The position numbers and the translations under genes were made by a program. From Chlorokybus atmophyticus (taxonomy: Eukaryota > Plantae > Mesostigma and Chlorokybus algae): a stretch of DNA of 64,000 bases. Of this stretch, positions 10,607 through 23,616 are shown piece after piece. Below the pieces are notes generated by a model. That model did not search any database, had not been told where the DNA came from, and saw only the letters and a program-made list of their open reading frames with translations. The stretch is from positions 337,392 through 401,391 of the forward strand of contig RHPI01000385.1 of assembly GCA_009103225.1 (NCBI GenBank). The letters run 5' to 3'. Each line of letters starts with the position of its first letter. The stretch's first letter is position 1.

Positions 10607-13573
10607 ATGATGGCGCTACTGCGGCGTTTCACCATACTGATGCTAGTAGCGCTACTTCTGGTGTCGTTGGGCGCTGTAGCATCAGGCGATGAAAATGAGG
10701 TTGTGGCGGATGCACCAGCAGGTCCACTCACTGGCTATGGGGACTTGAGCGATGACGCTGGTTCAGTGGTGAGTAGCATGTGGTAGTGCGTACCCACTTG
10801 GAGGTTGTGGCTTGTTGCCTGTGTAGCAGTGGTTCGGACTATTCGCACATGCGCGTGGTATTGAACTAGCATTGCTCTATTAACCGAGCTTGCGCATGCG
10901 TGTCGGTCTTTAGGACAACGATGGACCCAAGTCACAGGAGGCCACTTTTGGTCACAATCAGACAGCTGTGCTAGATGTGGACTGGAGGCTAGCACTTGCG
11001 CAGCGTGGGCTAGAACATGTAGACGAGGCTCAAGCGCAGTACGCGAACGGCATCAAGCACCTTGTGGACACCCCGACGCGGGATCTGGTTGCGGCTGTGG
11101 AGCACTTGCAGCAAGCAGCTGACAAGGGGCATGCTCATGCGCAATCAACATTGGCATTCTTACACACCGTCGGGCTAGCAGGTAAGCTTTTGTCAACAAG
11201 CAAGCACGATGGGCTCACAAACAACTCCATGCGACTTGGGCATGGCCACCATGCGAGGTTGTACTCTGAGCGTGTTGATGTGGAAACTAAGTTGCAATGA
11301 TAGGCGTGCAGCAGAACGATGCAGTAGCTGTGCTCTACCATGAGTTTGCGGGCAGAGGCGGTAGTGCTCCTTCCCGGATGGCCCTGGCATACAAATTCAC
11401 GCGGAACCAGGAGTGTGAGGCAGGGTTGCCTCACGCTGCAGCGGCAGCCGCTGCTGCAATGGCGGCATTTACCAAACCATCGCCTTCCCCGCCTCTGGTA
11501 GAAGCTGTGCGGTTATCTCGGGACTCCTTTGCTCCAGATTCCGATGCAAGTAAGGGCCACCAGGGCGAGCGCGACGAAGCAATTGCGTTTCTTCAGCACT
11601 CTGCAGAGCAGGCACGGTTTGTCAACAGAAATGGAGGTACTAGCGATGGTGATGTTTTTAGCAGGTGCTTACTTTCACCATCATTGCAGGGGGATGCCGA
11701 GGCAGCACATGCCATGGCAAATCTTCATTATTGGGGTGCGCGCGGGGTCACGCGCGACCATGCACGAGCTGCAAGGCTTTATCTGCAGGTTGTGCTCAAA
11801 GCACTCTTTCATTGACACAGTGGTAGTCGTCCTGACACGTGTCTTGAATGTCTTTTACCTACAGGCGGCAGAAGCTGGGGATGCGGATGCAGCTGTCTCG
11901 CTTGGTGAAATGAACGCCCGCGGCGTCGGCGTGCCACTGAACTATTCAGAGGCCCGACGCCTGTTTGAGTCAGCGTCTAAGAGACATCCGGGCGCTCTCA
12001 ATGGGTTAGGCTATCTCTATGCGTATGGACGTGGAGTGACAAGAGACTACACCAAGGCAAGTTTGGTTGTGTTGCTGGGTTGTTACAGCCAGCAACTGTT
12101 GCAGCACCCAGTCTGCTGTGGCGTCAACAAGCTTGTCCCACAGGCACTACAGCTGTTTCATCAGGCAGCACATAATGGGTCCTTCGACGCCATGTACAAC
12201 CTTGGCATGATGCACTACAAGGGACTTGGAGTTCTGAAAGACTATCGTGCAGCTGTGGAGCACTTTCAACGAGCCGCTACTGGCAGGCATCTTGGTGCCG
12301 TCTACATGCTGGCCAAGATGCATCACACAGCGCAGGTGATTAACATGCTTGGACTTTCAAATACCTATGTCTTTAGCAGCGCGCGGGCACAGTGCATACC
12401 AATTTGGATATATGTGTTCACACACTTCCGCATGTAAGCTTTCAAGCAAGGCTGATGCAGCTCTATGGAGTTATGCTGTGTTTGTGTTTTAAGCTATACA
12501 AGCTGCCCTCAGCACCACGTTGTTTTGAAGAGGCTGAGTGGCACATAACACATATGTGCAGGGTGTCCCACGGTCATGTTCTGTAAGCATGCGCTTGTAC
12601 AAAGATGTTTCTGAGAGGGGACCCTGGGGGTACTTGCTGCGGTGGGCTCATGAGCGCTACATGGACGGCGATGGCGAGGCTGCCCTGTTACTGTACCTTC
12701 GTGCCGCAGAGCTTGGCTACGAAGTGGCTCAAAGCAATGCCGCCTGGTTATTGGAAAGGTAGTTCTTGCCACTTGTAAAGGTCCACATGTATTGCTTTGG
12801 TTGAGTGTTCTGCTCACAGGGGTGCTGGCCTTCGCAGTTTGCAGACCAAGACTGCACATGTGTACAATAAGTGTTGTGATGGACTCGCTTGGTTGGGCTG
12901 ATACGTTTTCTGGCTGTGCAGGGGTTACGGGCGCGATCTTGGCGCAGACAGCAACTTACGCATACGCCTCGCACAACGGCTCTGGCGCTGGGCGGCAGAC
13001 CAAGGCAACGTGCAGGCTATACTGCACGTGGGTGATGCTCACTACTATGGCGAGGGAACTTCCGTGGATTACATGCGCGCAGTGGCAGCCTACCAGCAGG
13101 CTGCACAGTTGAACAGTGCGCAGGTGCGATGGGCATATGTGTTTCATACGTTGTGTTGTGTTCAAGCTCATTTCTGCCACCATGCACTGATGTTGTAATG
13201 CACTGCTGATGCGAGTGCTTGTGGGCGCCAGGCGATGTTCAATCTAGGGAGCATGCAGGAGAGGGGGCAGGGCCTGCCCAAGGACTTGGAGCTGGCAAAG
13301 CGTTACTACGACAGCGCACTGCAGGCCAACTCTGAGGCGTATGTGCCAGCCACGGTCGCGCTTACGGTGCTGTGGCTACGGATGCATGGCTTCGACAGCA
13401 CGATTGACTCGCTCATACGCGTCGCACGTGACGCTGTTGACTGGGGCCTAAAGGACAGCAACGCCATTGTGGTGTCGCTGGTGGTAGCGCTTCTCACCGT
13501 CATGTACCTGCGGCACCAGCGCGCCCGTCAACAACGGCGCTTGGAAGCAGAACTGCCGCCCCGAGAGGACTAG
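10607..13573 (+). CDS. HRD3: SEL1L/HRD3-like ERAD component; signal peptide, Sel1 repeats, C-terminal TM; multi-exon
   Basis: Hydrophobic N-terminus [19 protein letters not shown], repeated Sel1 motifs ([70 protein letters not shown]) and a C-terminal TM helix. Confidence 0.88.
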
Positions 13574-14742
13574 CCGTAACAGTACTTTGATTGATATTGA
13601 TAGTTTCTTAGCTTATGTGACTGCAAGGTATGTGTGCTTGGCAAGTGCAGCTGCCATACCGAGAGTTTGTAGGTTTGTAGATTCTGTCAGTGCCCGGTGA
13701 CTTGTTGCGCGTTGTTGTACAGTTGTACATTGAATAAGAATGATGTGCACAATTTTGCAACCCTTGATTTTGCCCACAAGCTTGTCAAGTTGTGGGCGGT
13801 TGAGTTGTCCTGCTTCCATAGAGTTAGTATGCAACATTTTTATGTCTCGAGCAACGGTTGTCGCTGTTGTATTTCTTGCACTGGTGCAGCACACTCATTC
13901 TTAAGGCCTCTGCAGCTCTGCATTGCGGTGATTCTGAGCAACAGCCATGGTCTGCATTCTGCCTGCCTGCGCAATGCCGACTGCCAGCTGTGCATATCAG
14001 GTGTACAACATCATAAATGTAATGATTGTGCGTAAGCACAAGTGTCACAAGCAGCAATTGTCGTTAGGCAACAAAGGCTGGCCCCAAGCCTCACATGCAA
14101 TACATGGCCATGACTACCATCAAGGCGGTGAACTGGCTGCAGTCCCACGCCACAGTCAAGTCCCCACCTCATCACGGAAAGGCGAGAGTGAGCAAGTTGC
14201 CTTGTGGGCAACTGCTCACTGCCGCCAACACCTCTTTATCGCATTAGGGTTCCGGAATGGCCTGCAACTCATGCGCTCATGGCTGCAACGGTCTCACTCA
14301 TCATTCGTCAGTCAGTCACACACAAGCAGTCACAAGCAGTCAAGCAGTCAGTGTCAGCATTCAGGCACCCACAGCTGTTGTAATAGCATAACAAATCAAC
14401 AATCACAACACTCAATACACTTCACACAGGAACACAACAGGCCGTTACTACGCGGAACAAACGTTGGCGACGGGTTAACACCTGCAACATCCATTACATA
14501 ATGAATCGCCGCCCTGCTATGCGGTGCTGTGTGCAAGTGTGGCACCATGGCTGGTGCGCTCGTATGCTCCCTCCCTCCCTCCCTCTACTGCACTGTCATG
14601 CCTTCTCGCCCATGGCGCTATATGCAACCATGTGACTTAAACAATAGCCTCCTATTTGAGAAGAGCAACCATTGAATACAATCAGCCGGCCCAGTGCATT
14701 GACTAGTTGGTAGCAAGACACGCTAATCCACTCATGGAGTTG

Positions 14743-17083
14743 TTACAAGAATGAGCGCTGAGGACCACTGCTGCCAAAGCGTGAAGACAGCGCCGCCGCT
14801 TGCAGCGCCCGCTGCTTGGAGTTGGAGGCTGCCGCCTTGGGCCCTGCCGCCAGGTCCTTGTCGCGGTCCCAAGGTTGCCAGGGGTGCTCAGCCGCCCATT
14901 CAGGATCATCTTGCTTTGTACCTTTCTTCTTCTTCTTCCTCTCCTCCCTCTGCGCGTCCTGGTGCTGCTCGAGTAGGGTCTTCTGGCGCTTGTGCGAGTT
15001 GTACTCGTCCACCAGCTGCGCTGTTGCAGACGCCTTCTTCGCTTGCAACTCTGCGATTGCCTCTTCTTTGGCAGCACTGCTTTGCAGAAACCTGCGTGGT
15101 AACAATGAGCCACGCGTTGCGCAAAGCTGCGAAAAATACAGTGACAATAGCACAAAGCATACACCAATAACTTACTGCTGCTGATTGCGTTTCATTGCAT
15201 CAGCTGGGCTGTCCGTCCACCCACTCGTATCACCTCTGCCAGATCGTTCATTGCGGCTGAACTGCCTCGACTTCAGATCGACATGACCGGCCTGTCCATC
15301 AGCCATAAGCAAGCAACGGTCAGCGTCATGACCATGGTAACAAGCAACGATTATGCTGCCATCCATGCAATCAGTCCATGCAATTGCCAATATCAAGCTC
15401 ACCTTGCGTTCAGGAGGCAGCTCGGTCATCCAGTCTTCGCGCACAGTGCCGGATGCACTCTGCGACTGTGGTCGCAGCAGATCTTCATCACCTGGTATCA
15501 CAATTTCATGCTTATAAGCTGCTGGCTACAAAGGGATTGCACAGATGCACGCGCTTGCATACATGTACGCAAGCACGCATGCGCGTGCGCGCACGTACAC
15601 ACGTGCATACACACAGCGAGAAACACTCATGCAGCTATTACATCTTGAACCAGTCCACTACAGGGGGTTTCTGCACCTCATGAAAAACTCTTACCCTGCA
15701 GAGGTGCTTCCCCACGCTGCTTGCGCCACATTGCTGCTTGGCGCCGCTCCGCCAGCTCCGCTTCAAACTGCTTCCTTGTCTCGCGCTCTGTGTGTGCAGC
15801 GTCCACTGCTGCTCGCTTCTCTGGATCTAGCAGCTGCAGGTTGTTGGTGTTACACGAGTCAGCCGGTTGAAAGGTCAAATCCAAACATGGGCATACTAGC
15901 TTCAGATCAGTTGGGCATGTATGTCGACCATGCGTATGCATTGCAACCGCAATGGACATGAACATCGCGACGTGTGGCAGTGTACACGTCTACAAAGTGG
16001 CCATGTTTGTTGATACTGCGCAGACCTGATCTAATACCATATGCGATGTATGCAAGGCTGGGCACAAAACCTACAAACTCCACACCTAATGCTGCACGCA
16101 ATGCCGGTACTCCCCTCCCCGAACCGCGCTATGGTTACAAAGCGACACGATGCAGGCCCACCTGCAGTCTAGCTTTGTTGAGTCTTGAAAAAGCCTCGTG
16201 CGCGTGCGGATGGCTACACTTGTCCGGATGGACAAGAAGCGAGATGCGCCAGTAATGCTTTCTGATGGCAGCAGCCGCAGCATCGTGGTCCACTCCCACC
16301 ACTTCATACGCGTCCGCATCCGGTCTCAACTCCATGATGCGCTTCACCTGCCGTTGCAGAAGCAGTTATTCAGTCAAACACTAAAGTGTGCATGTGCATA
16401 CAAACTGTTGATGCGGCTACAAACCTGTGCATTTCTGTCGTCTTCACTCGCAGCAGCCGCTTCGGCAACGAGGGCGGGCGGGGCAGGGCCGATGAAGTCC
16501 TCGCCGCCCTGCTCTTCAGCATCCTCGGCAACGGACGCCAGCAGCTCGGGCGGTGGCCGGGCCGGCCCAATGACTCTGGGTTTGGGCGGCGGCATCGCTG
16601 CGGGGCCAATCACTACAAACATGATACAGGCATGTGAGTGTCATGGGGAGGGATGTGCATTGTGTATCGCAGCTTGAGCCAAAGACCACAGCAGTCGACA
16701 CGAATGCCAACATCGAGAAGCAGCAACCAAACACGTTGGTGTGTGTTGATCTCTGCAACGGACAGACACATTGCAAAGGTTCTGACCTACAGGAGTCTCC
16801 TCTGCATCCTCAACTGCACCGTCACATGCTTCATCGTGCTTGGAAACCTGTTCACAAAGCAAGTGAAACAGAGACAAGTCAAGATGGGAACCTTCAATAT
16901 GGCAATATAATTCTGCCTGATGGTGGGAGGAGGGGGGGGGNNNNNNNNNNNNNNNNNNNNNNNNNNNNNNNNNNNNNNNNNNNNNNNNNNNNNNNNNNNN
17001 NNNNNNNNNNNNNNNNNNNNNNNNNNNNNNNNNNNNNNNNNNNNNNNNNNNNNNNNNNNNNNNNNNNNNNNNNNNNNNNNNNN

Positions 17084-17161
<78 letters not shown>

Positions 17162-18666
17162 AATGTGCGTGTGAACCTGCTGCTGCTGCTGGTGGTCATC
17201 GTCGTGTTGCATCCCGTTATCCTCGGGTGCAGGCAACGGTCCCGCCACGGGTGGGGATGATGCCTCATCGCGGCTGCACATAGCAGCGGCGGTAGCTTCC
17301 TGCAAGACGGGTGCGAGCAGCGCCAGCAACCGCACCTTCTTGCTGCGCTTCGCCCAAAGAGCGGAACGGCGTTGCTTCAGCCCTAAAGCCTGCAGTGAGT
17401 TATGAAAGGGTCAAACACTATTGCGACCTAGAGATTTCAGTTACACAAAGGTCACCAACGCCTGCACACTTGCGACTAATGTTACGCGGCTCACACGCAC
17501 ACGCATGCACGCGCACGCACGCACAAAGTTATGCGAACCATGCTACAAGCTGTTCTTGTAATATAAGTTGCAAGAACAATCAGAATGAAAAGCCGGCAGC
17601 TTCCTGAAGCGGCTCGACTGCAACAGCCACAACACCGGCTTCTATATGTTTGCAGCTGTGGCTGCATTGGAGTACAGTTGAAATGGACATTACTGAGGCA
17701 GCATGGCTGCACATGTGCACCGCACGGATTGTTATGAGCATGCTCCCACAATGGCATTGCGCAGTAGTACTGTTATGCTGCAGGCCATAGTGCGCACCTT
17801 GAACACGTCGACAAGCATGCCTGCCAGCAGCGCGTCCTCCAAGCCCAAGATGTCCACGGCCTCGCCCTTGTCCAAACGAGCCGCGAGCGCCTCCAGATCA
17901 CCGCCCACCGCTGGGTATGCGCGCAGGAGAGCACGTGCATGTGCCTGATATGAAATATGCATGAGTACAGACGAGCTGCACCGCATGCAAGCATGTGTCT
18001 GTGTAGTATGCGCAGTATCCAGTCAATTGCATCGCGAGTTTGTCCATGCCAAGTACCTAAGTCACATATATATAGTGTATGTGTAGATGCAGCAGTAGCA
18101 TATGTATAACGTTTGGCACTTGTGCATAATGTGCGTCGTGCATAAGCTGTCATCTGGTGTGTTGTGTAGCTTTAAAAACAGAAAGTTGATTCTACACTTC
18201 ACAAGAGTCAACGCTTGGCTGTGAAAAATACCACAGGTTGAAGCTCTGAAGAGTTAGCAGTATATAGCTCAAAAGCAACTCCCACCTGAGCGAGGGTGTG
18301 GTCGATGGGCTGCTCCTTGTCACTGCCGTCCTCAGCTGAGCTCGAGGACGCCTCCTCATCCTCCTCGCCGTCGGAGCTCTGCTCTGCATCCCGCTTCCTC
18401 CGTCGGCGACGCTTCTCTCTGTCCTTCTCGCGCCTCCTCCGACTCCTGTCCCTGTCTCTGTCCTTGTGCTTCTTCCCGTCCCTGTCCTTCTTCTCCTTGC
18501 TCTCCTTACCCTCCCTACCCTTACCCTCCTTGCCCTTCTTGTCCCGCTGCTTCTTCACCTCCTTGTCCTGGCCCTTGTCCTTCTTCTTGCCATAGTCGCC
18601 TATGTCCTCCTTATGGAAGGCCTGGACGCTCTCCAGCGCCTCCTTCAGACCCCCCACCCGCGACAT
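14743..18666 (-). CDS. DnaJ-domain protein with GPALPP-like Pro motifs and a DUF3752-like C-terminus; multi-exon, one intron contains a gap
   Basis: K/R/D-rich N-terminus, IGPAPP motifs, J-domain AYEVVGV...IRKHYWRISLLVHPDKC, then REDWMTELPP and HPWQPWDRDKDL...LSSRFG. Confidence 0.82.
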
Positions 18667-19233
18667 CCCCGCCGCCGCCGGACAGTTTGCCACTGCCAAG
18701 CATTGCCGCAGCGGGCATACCACAATTGCAAATCCACCAAGGTATGTAAGCGAAACCTTAGGCACTGTGGCAACATGCCAGTCCCACACAAATGCTCCCA
18801 CTAGGTCTATGCACACAGCATGCTCAGCAAGCAATGCGTATGTTGCAGGTAATAGACATACCTTGCATGGAGACACAGATTCCCAGTTGACAGAGGTGAC
18901 TCACACAGCAGCACACAACTCGATACACATTGTACAACAGATAGTGTGCCATATATGCCGCATGCATGTGCTGCACAAGTGTACAAAAGAACGGCGAGGG
19001 AGTTCACTGCTGTGTAACACATTGCCCTTGCCCCGCATTCTTGAAAACATACATTGGCGATGTCATTCGCACGCTTGCGCATACCAAGTGCACATAAAGT
19101 AAATATCTACATAAATATTCTGCTAACCGCAACATGCTTACAAAAGGCACAGCAAGCAGCTACAAACAGCTACAGCTAGTACATACCAATCCGTTTGCCA
19201 CCATCAAGGTCTCTATAGCCAACCAACCCAACC

Positions 19234-21126
19234 CTAACTAGTGCCCGCAGCCAGAGTTGTACTGCTCTTCTGCGCCAACAGTGGCTGCTTCGCCTTCTTC
19301 TCACTCTCTCGTGTGACAGCAATAGGCGCAGCCACGCTCATGACCATGTCGTCAAACAGCAGCGACAGCACGGGCTTGCCGGTCAGCACGGCTTCCAGAG
19401 CTGCATGGGTATCATCGCTTGTGTCACGTGTGATGTTATTGCTGTGGTTGGTGTAGTTGCATTCTACACGCGATGACGGCACCAGCTTCACCCTGCATGT
19501 GGCGACAGCTAGGTGATTGTCATATGTGTTGCAAGGTAATGACTTGAAGATATGACGAGTGTTATGGAGAAAAGGTAAATGTGGCAACTGCCTTGCCTTG
19601 TGTTGAGTTTGCAGGAGTATTGGAGCAATGACGGCTGCCATGTGGTGCGCCCGCTGTTTAGCAAAGCGAGTGTATGGCGAAGGCGAGAGAAGCAGCAGTG
19701 ACATTCACACTGCAAGAAATAGCAAAAAGGAGAGACGACTGACTTGATCCTTAACAGATGGACATACCTGAAGCTCGGGAGCGACATGCGTATTGGAGGT
19801 CCTTTGGTCCAGTTGGGTTGGTCTGATGCACATGCATATGTCATGCCAGCACGTACAAGCACAGATAAGCACAAATAAGCGCAATTAAGCACGGTGAGAT
19901 AGCTCGCCCAAGCTATACTTACTTGCAGAGTTGTTTCCTTTCTGGCGAAACGGGTTGGCGATGCGGCAGACGGCTCTCCTAGCGTTTCCTGCCACATCTG
20001 TCAACTCCACAAACCCGCTTTGATCCTGTGCACAATCCCGTTGTTAGCGTTGATACCAGCGAAAGCACACACAGCATTGGTTCATACATGACTAGCATCA
20101 ACAGGCCTCACCTCCTTGAACGAAGCAAACCTTGAAGGCAAGCCTACGTCCTGCACGCAGCAACAAGACTGATAGGAACAAAGATACACATTGCATGCAC
20201 AACTCGTTGGTCTCTAAAATGAAACAACATTGGTACATTGTCGGTTATGTGGTTTCAAGCATAGCTGCCATGAACGTGTTCGTGCAGTAGGGAGCAGTAC
20301 CCACCTCAAGCCCATGTTGTTCTGCACTGCGGCTGCTCACATAGACCTTTGATGCCCACCTGTTGCGGACCAGCAGAGCAGTACATGAGACTTGTAACCG
20401 AGACGCATGTATACATGACAGGCCAGGTTACAAGGCCATTGTGCAGGCGAAGTGACATGCGTGTCTTACGCGCAGGATGTCGGAGGGTTCCACACAATGC
20501 CTGCTAGTGCCACGAGCTGCACACCAACACCATGAGACAACACGAGCAAGATGCAATAGTGAAGGGGCACTGTCCTTTGTAAAGCACAACTCCACGTCAC
20601 CTTACAGCATGCAAGCAACTTGCCTCGTCGAACTTGCCAGCTGGGCTGTCGTCGTAGCGCGCATAGTAGACGCCACCAAGCGTGTACCTGACCACACGCT
20701 CTCTTCCTTCAATGCATGGACACCGCTGGACAAGTCACCATCAAGATCAATCGCCACACTAAGCTATATGCCAGCTTTTCAAACGCTGCTGCTGCAGCTG
20801 CCTCAACCAAACGACAGACAAAAAAACTTACCCAAACGCCGACACTATCTTGAGGTCAGGAGGGATAAACCGCCTCGCAGCTTTGACAGGAACCAAATGC
20901 AGCTGATACAGAGCCCTAATTGAGAACAGATTGCTCTCAAGTTGCACACCAGGCAAGCCCACACAAGGTCGTCACAGTCACCTCTCACGCTCACGAACTG
21001 CTCAGCTGGCACCACATTCGCATGCATGCTTGTGTGCATGCAGTCAGCTGCCGACACCTACCTGCCCTTGAACACCCACGGAGGACCTGACTTATACCCA
21101 TCCTTTTCCTGCAACCCCGCCACCAT
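19234..21126 (-). CDS. NXD1: NEOXANTHIN-DEFICIENT 1 homolog; multi-exon
   Basis: Spliced exons give PPWVFKGR|ALYQLHLV...RRFIPPDLKIVSAFG|YTLGGVYYARYDDSPAGKFDE|LVALAGIVWNPPTSCA|WASKVYVSS...VGLPSRFASF...KPVLSL, matching the remembered plant NXD1 motif order. Confidence 0.88.
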
Positions 21127-21436
21127 GGTGTTGACCCTGGTCTCCGGCCTGGCCAGGCCAGGCCGCAACTCCCAGGATCAGGCCTGGTCTGGCCTAATCT
21201 ATTGAACTCAACCTATTGGCCTACCAGAGCGAGCGACCGCATGCTATATACCCGGGTGTTCGCATACTACACTACGGAACCTTGCCCGGCCGAGCGCATC
21301 TCTTTGCCGGCTAGCCGCATACTACATTGCAGGGCATTGCCTTAGGCAGGCGGTTCGGCAGGCGGTTTGTGATTGAGGCAAGACCGCAGGCGGTTTGGTA
21401 GGGGCGGCGGCGGCCAGCGGCAGGTCTTTTTGCGGT

Positions 21437-21446
21437 GCCACGTGGC
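21437..21446. promoter_or_regulatory. Perfect palindromic G-box GCCACGTGGC between the divergent NXD1 and RPS25 genes
   Basis: The motif is seen directly; its function is inferred. Confidence 0.4.
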
Positions 21447-21871
21447 GTAGACGGCGGCGGCGGCGGCGTGGGCGGGAGCATCCGCTTGCGTGGTATGCGT
21501 CATTGTATGTGCAGACTACACGTCTGTGTTCGTGCGTTGAGAGTGGGATGATTGTCAAGTTGGCTGGCTGGGTCCTGCTCATCTCGTTGCTGTTGCGCCT
21601 ATTTGCCCCAGCTGTGCAAAGCAATCTGTAAAACAGCTTGTAATGGTAACGCGTATCCGTGCATTGCATCATGGCTGCGGCATGCCGCTTTGCAAGGCTT
21701 GCCATTCAATTAGGGTTGCTCTCCGCCGTCGTCGCCTTGGCTCTGTCAGCAATGCTTGATGCTCTGTGCATTGACTTCGCATATACTCGCTCGCTTCCAG
21801 TGTTTGTAGCTCAAACACTCAGATCTAGGTGTAATTCACGTTTGCGCTATCATGGCTGGTTAGGACTTGGG

Positions 21872-21880
21872 TTAGGGTTT
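21872..21880. promoter_or_regulatory. Telo-box (TTAGGGTTT/AAACCCTAA) upstream of RPS25
   Basis: Exact motif about 160 bp upstream of the ATG. Confidence 0.6.
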
Positions 21881-22041
21881 CGCACATTTCATGCGTACAC
21901 GTTGCCTCAAACAAGCAGATGCTAAACGCCAGCACTTATTCGCGGATCATTTCTGCGAGTCCTCGTGCTCCCAATTGTAGGGCATCAGACAGTCCGTTTG
22001 GCTTATTTGAAACTTCGTGGTTGCAGTAATCCAGAGTCACC

Positions 22042-22528
22042 ATGCCGCCGAAGAAGAAGGAAACGCCTGCTGCCGCCAAGCCCGCCAAGTCCGGCGGCAG
22101 CAAGCAGAAGAAGAAGAAGTGGTCCAAGGGCAAGCAAAAGGAGAAGGTCAACAACATGGTGTTGTTCGATCAGCCTACATATGATAAGATGCTCTCAGAG
22201 GTGCCCAAGTTCAAGCTCATCACCCCCTCCATCCTGTCCGACAGGCTGCGCATTTCTGGCAGCCTTGCCCGGAGGTAAGGACTGATGTCACTGTCTCCTT
22301 GCAGGAAATAGATTTTCTGACAGCATTGTTTGACCCGTTTGCTTGTTGCCGATACAACATGTCCTGGCAATTTGTACTGGGATCCTTGCGCTTGCTTGCT
22401 TAGCTCTATGCCTATCCTCATGCTTTTGCTGTGACAGTGCTGTCAAGGAGCTGATGGCGCGCGGCCTCATCCGATTGGTGTCTGGTCACGCCAGCCAGTG
22501 CATCTACACTCGCGCAACCAACACTTAA
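22042..22528 (+). CDS. RPS25: 40S ribosomal protein S25 (eS25); exons 22042-22274 and 22438-22528
   Basis: [55 protein letters not shown]|[12 protein letters not shown]...IYTRATN. Confidence 0.97.
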
Positions 22529-23550
22529 AATGCCTTGAACGGATTATGCAGCAGCGTTGAACATTGGGGTCACCCAGGCCATATTGTAACCTATCTTTTG
22601 GGCGTGCTGAGGAATGCTTTGTTGCATTGATGGGCGTTTTGCAACTTGTGACCTTGGCTGTCAACAAACATGTGGAGCTACTGAACACACGCGGCGCTAC
22701 TGAACACATGTTGAAGCACACGCTAGCGTGCATGTAATGCTGGAGTGGTTGTGATGCATTGCATGCGTGTGCCTACTAGCACGTCATGTATCCTGAACAC
22801 TGATCTTAGATCTTTATACAAATGCCAGTGCACTGTGCCTTTCGTTTTAAGATGTGGCATCAGGAGAAGCATGATAGGTCGCTGCAGCGCTGCAGTTTTT
22901 TCCATGTGTTCGACTTTGCTGGGCTGGGCCTGAATCTGCTGGTGCGCGCATACTATGCAAAGATTTCAAAGCGTTTTATACTTATCGAGCACCGCAATCA
23001 TCGTGAAGCTCAGATTGCAAATTGTTGACTACATACAGGCACATTGCTTTGATGTGGCTTCGCTTCAACATGGCTTTGCACAGCTAGTATAGTCACAAGA
23101 TAGGTATACTGCATGAATTGAGATTCATTCAGTACATTGGGAACTCATACACCAAATCTGTGTACTGTACAGGATAAGCTCGAGCCTGTTGAAAGCATGC
23201 ATTTTCACACCATACATCACATAGCCAACCACAAGCGCCTGCCAGTGTATTACCCTACTATTCTTAAGAGCTTGGCATGCAGTCAATAACTTGAACATGA
23301 GCAACATTGCAAAAGAAAGTGTGCATGACGAGAGTAAGCCCCATTGAGTTGGTGGTTTGCCTCCCCACTGGCGCACATCTCTGTGCTATGGCGAGCTGCT
23401 GCACGGGAATGTCTCGGGTCGCAACCCGAAACCCCTGACTGCAGGTCCTGCCCTTCAGGGATGGCTCTTTCTGCCTCATCGCCCGGGGACTTTCTCTCGG
23501 TCATCGACCTAACCGCGTGCACCTTTCGAAGTGCTCAAAAGCATCACACA

Positions 23551-23616
23551 AGTGTACAGAATATGCACGTGATGTATGCAACATGCACAGCACATGCATA
23601 AACACTTAACGACAAT
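23551..23616 (+). repeat. 66-bp dispersed repeat, copy 1 (copy 2 at 36574-36639)
   Basis: AGTGTACAGAATATGCAC...ACACTTAAC.ACAAT is shared between the two sites with about 6 mismatches. Confidence 0.8.
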
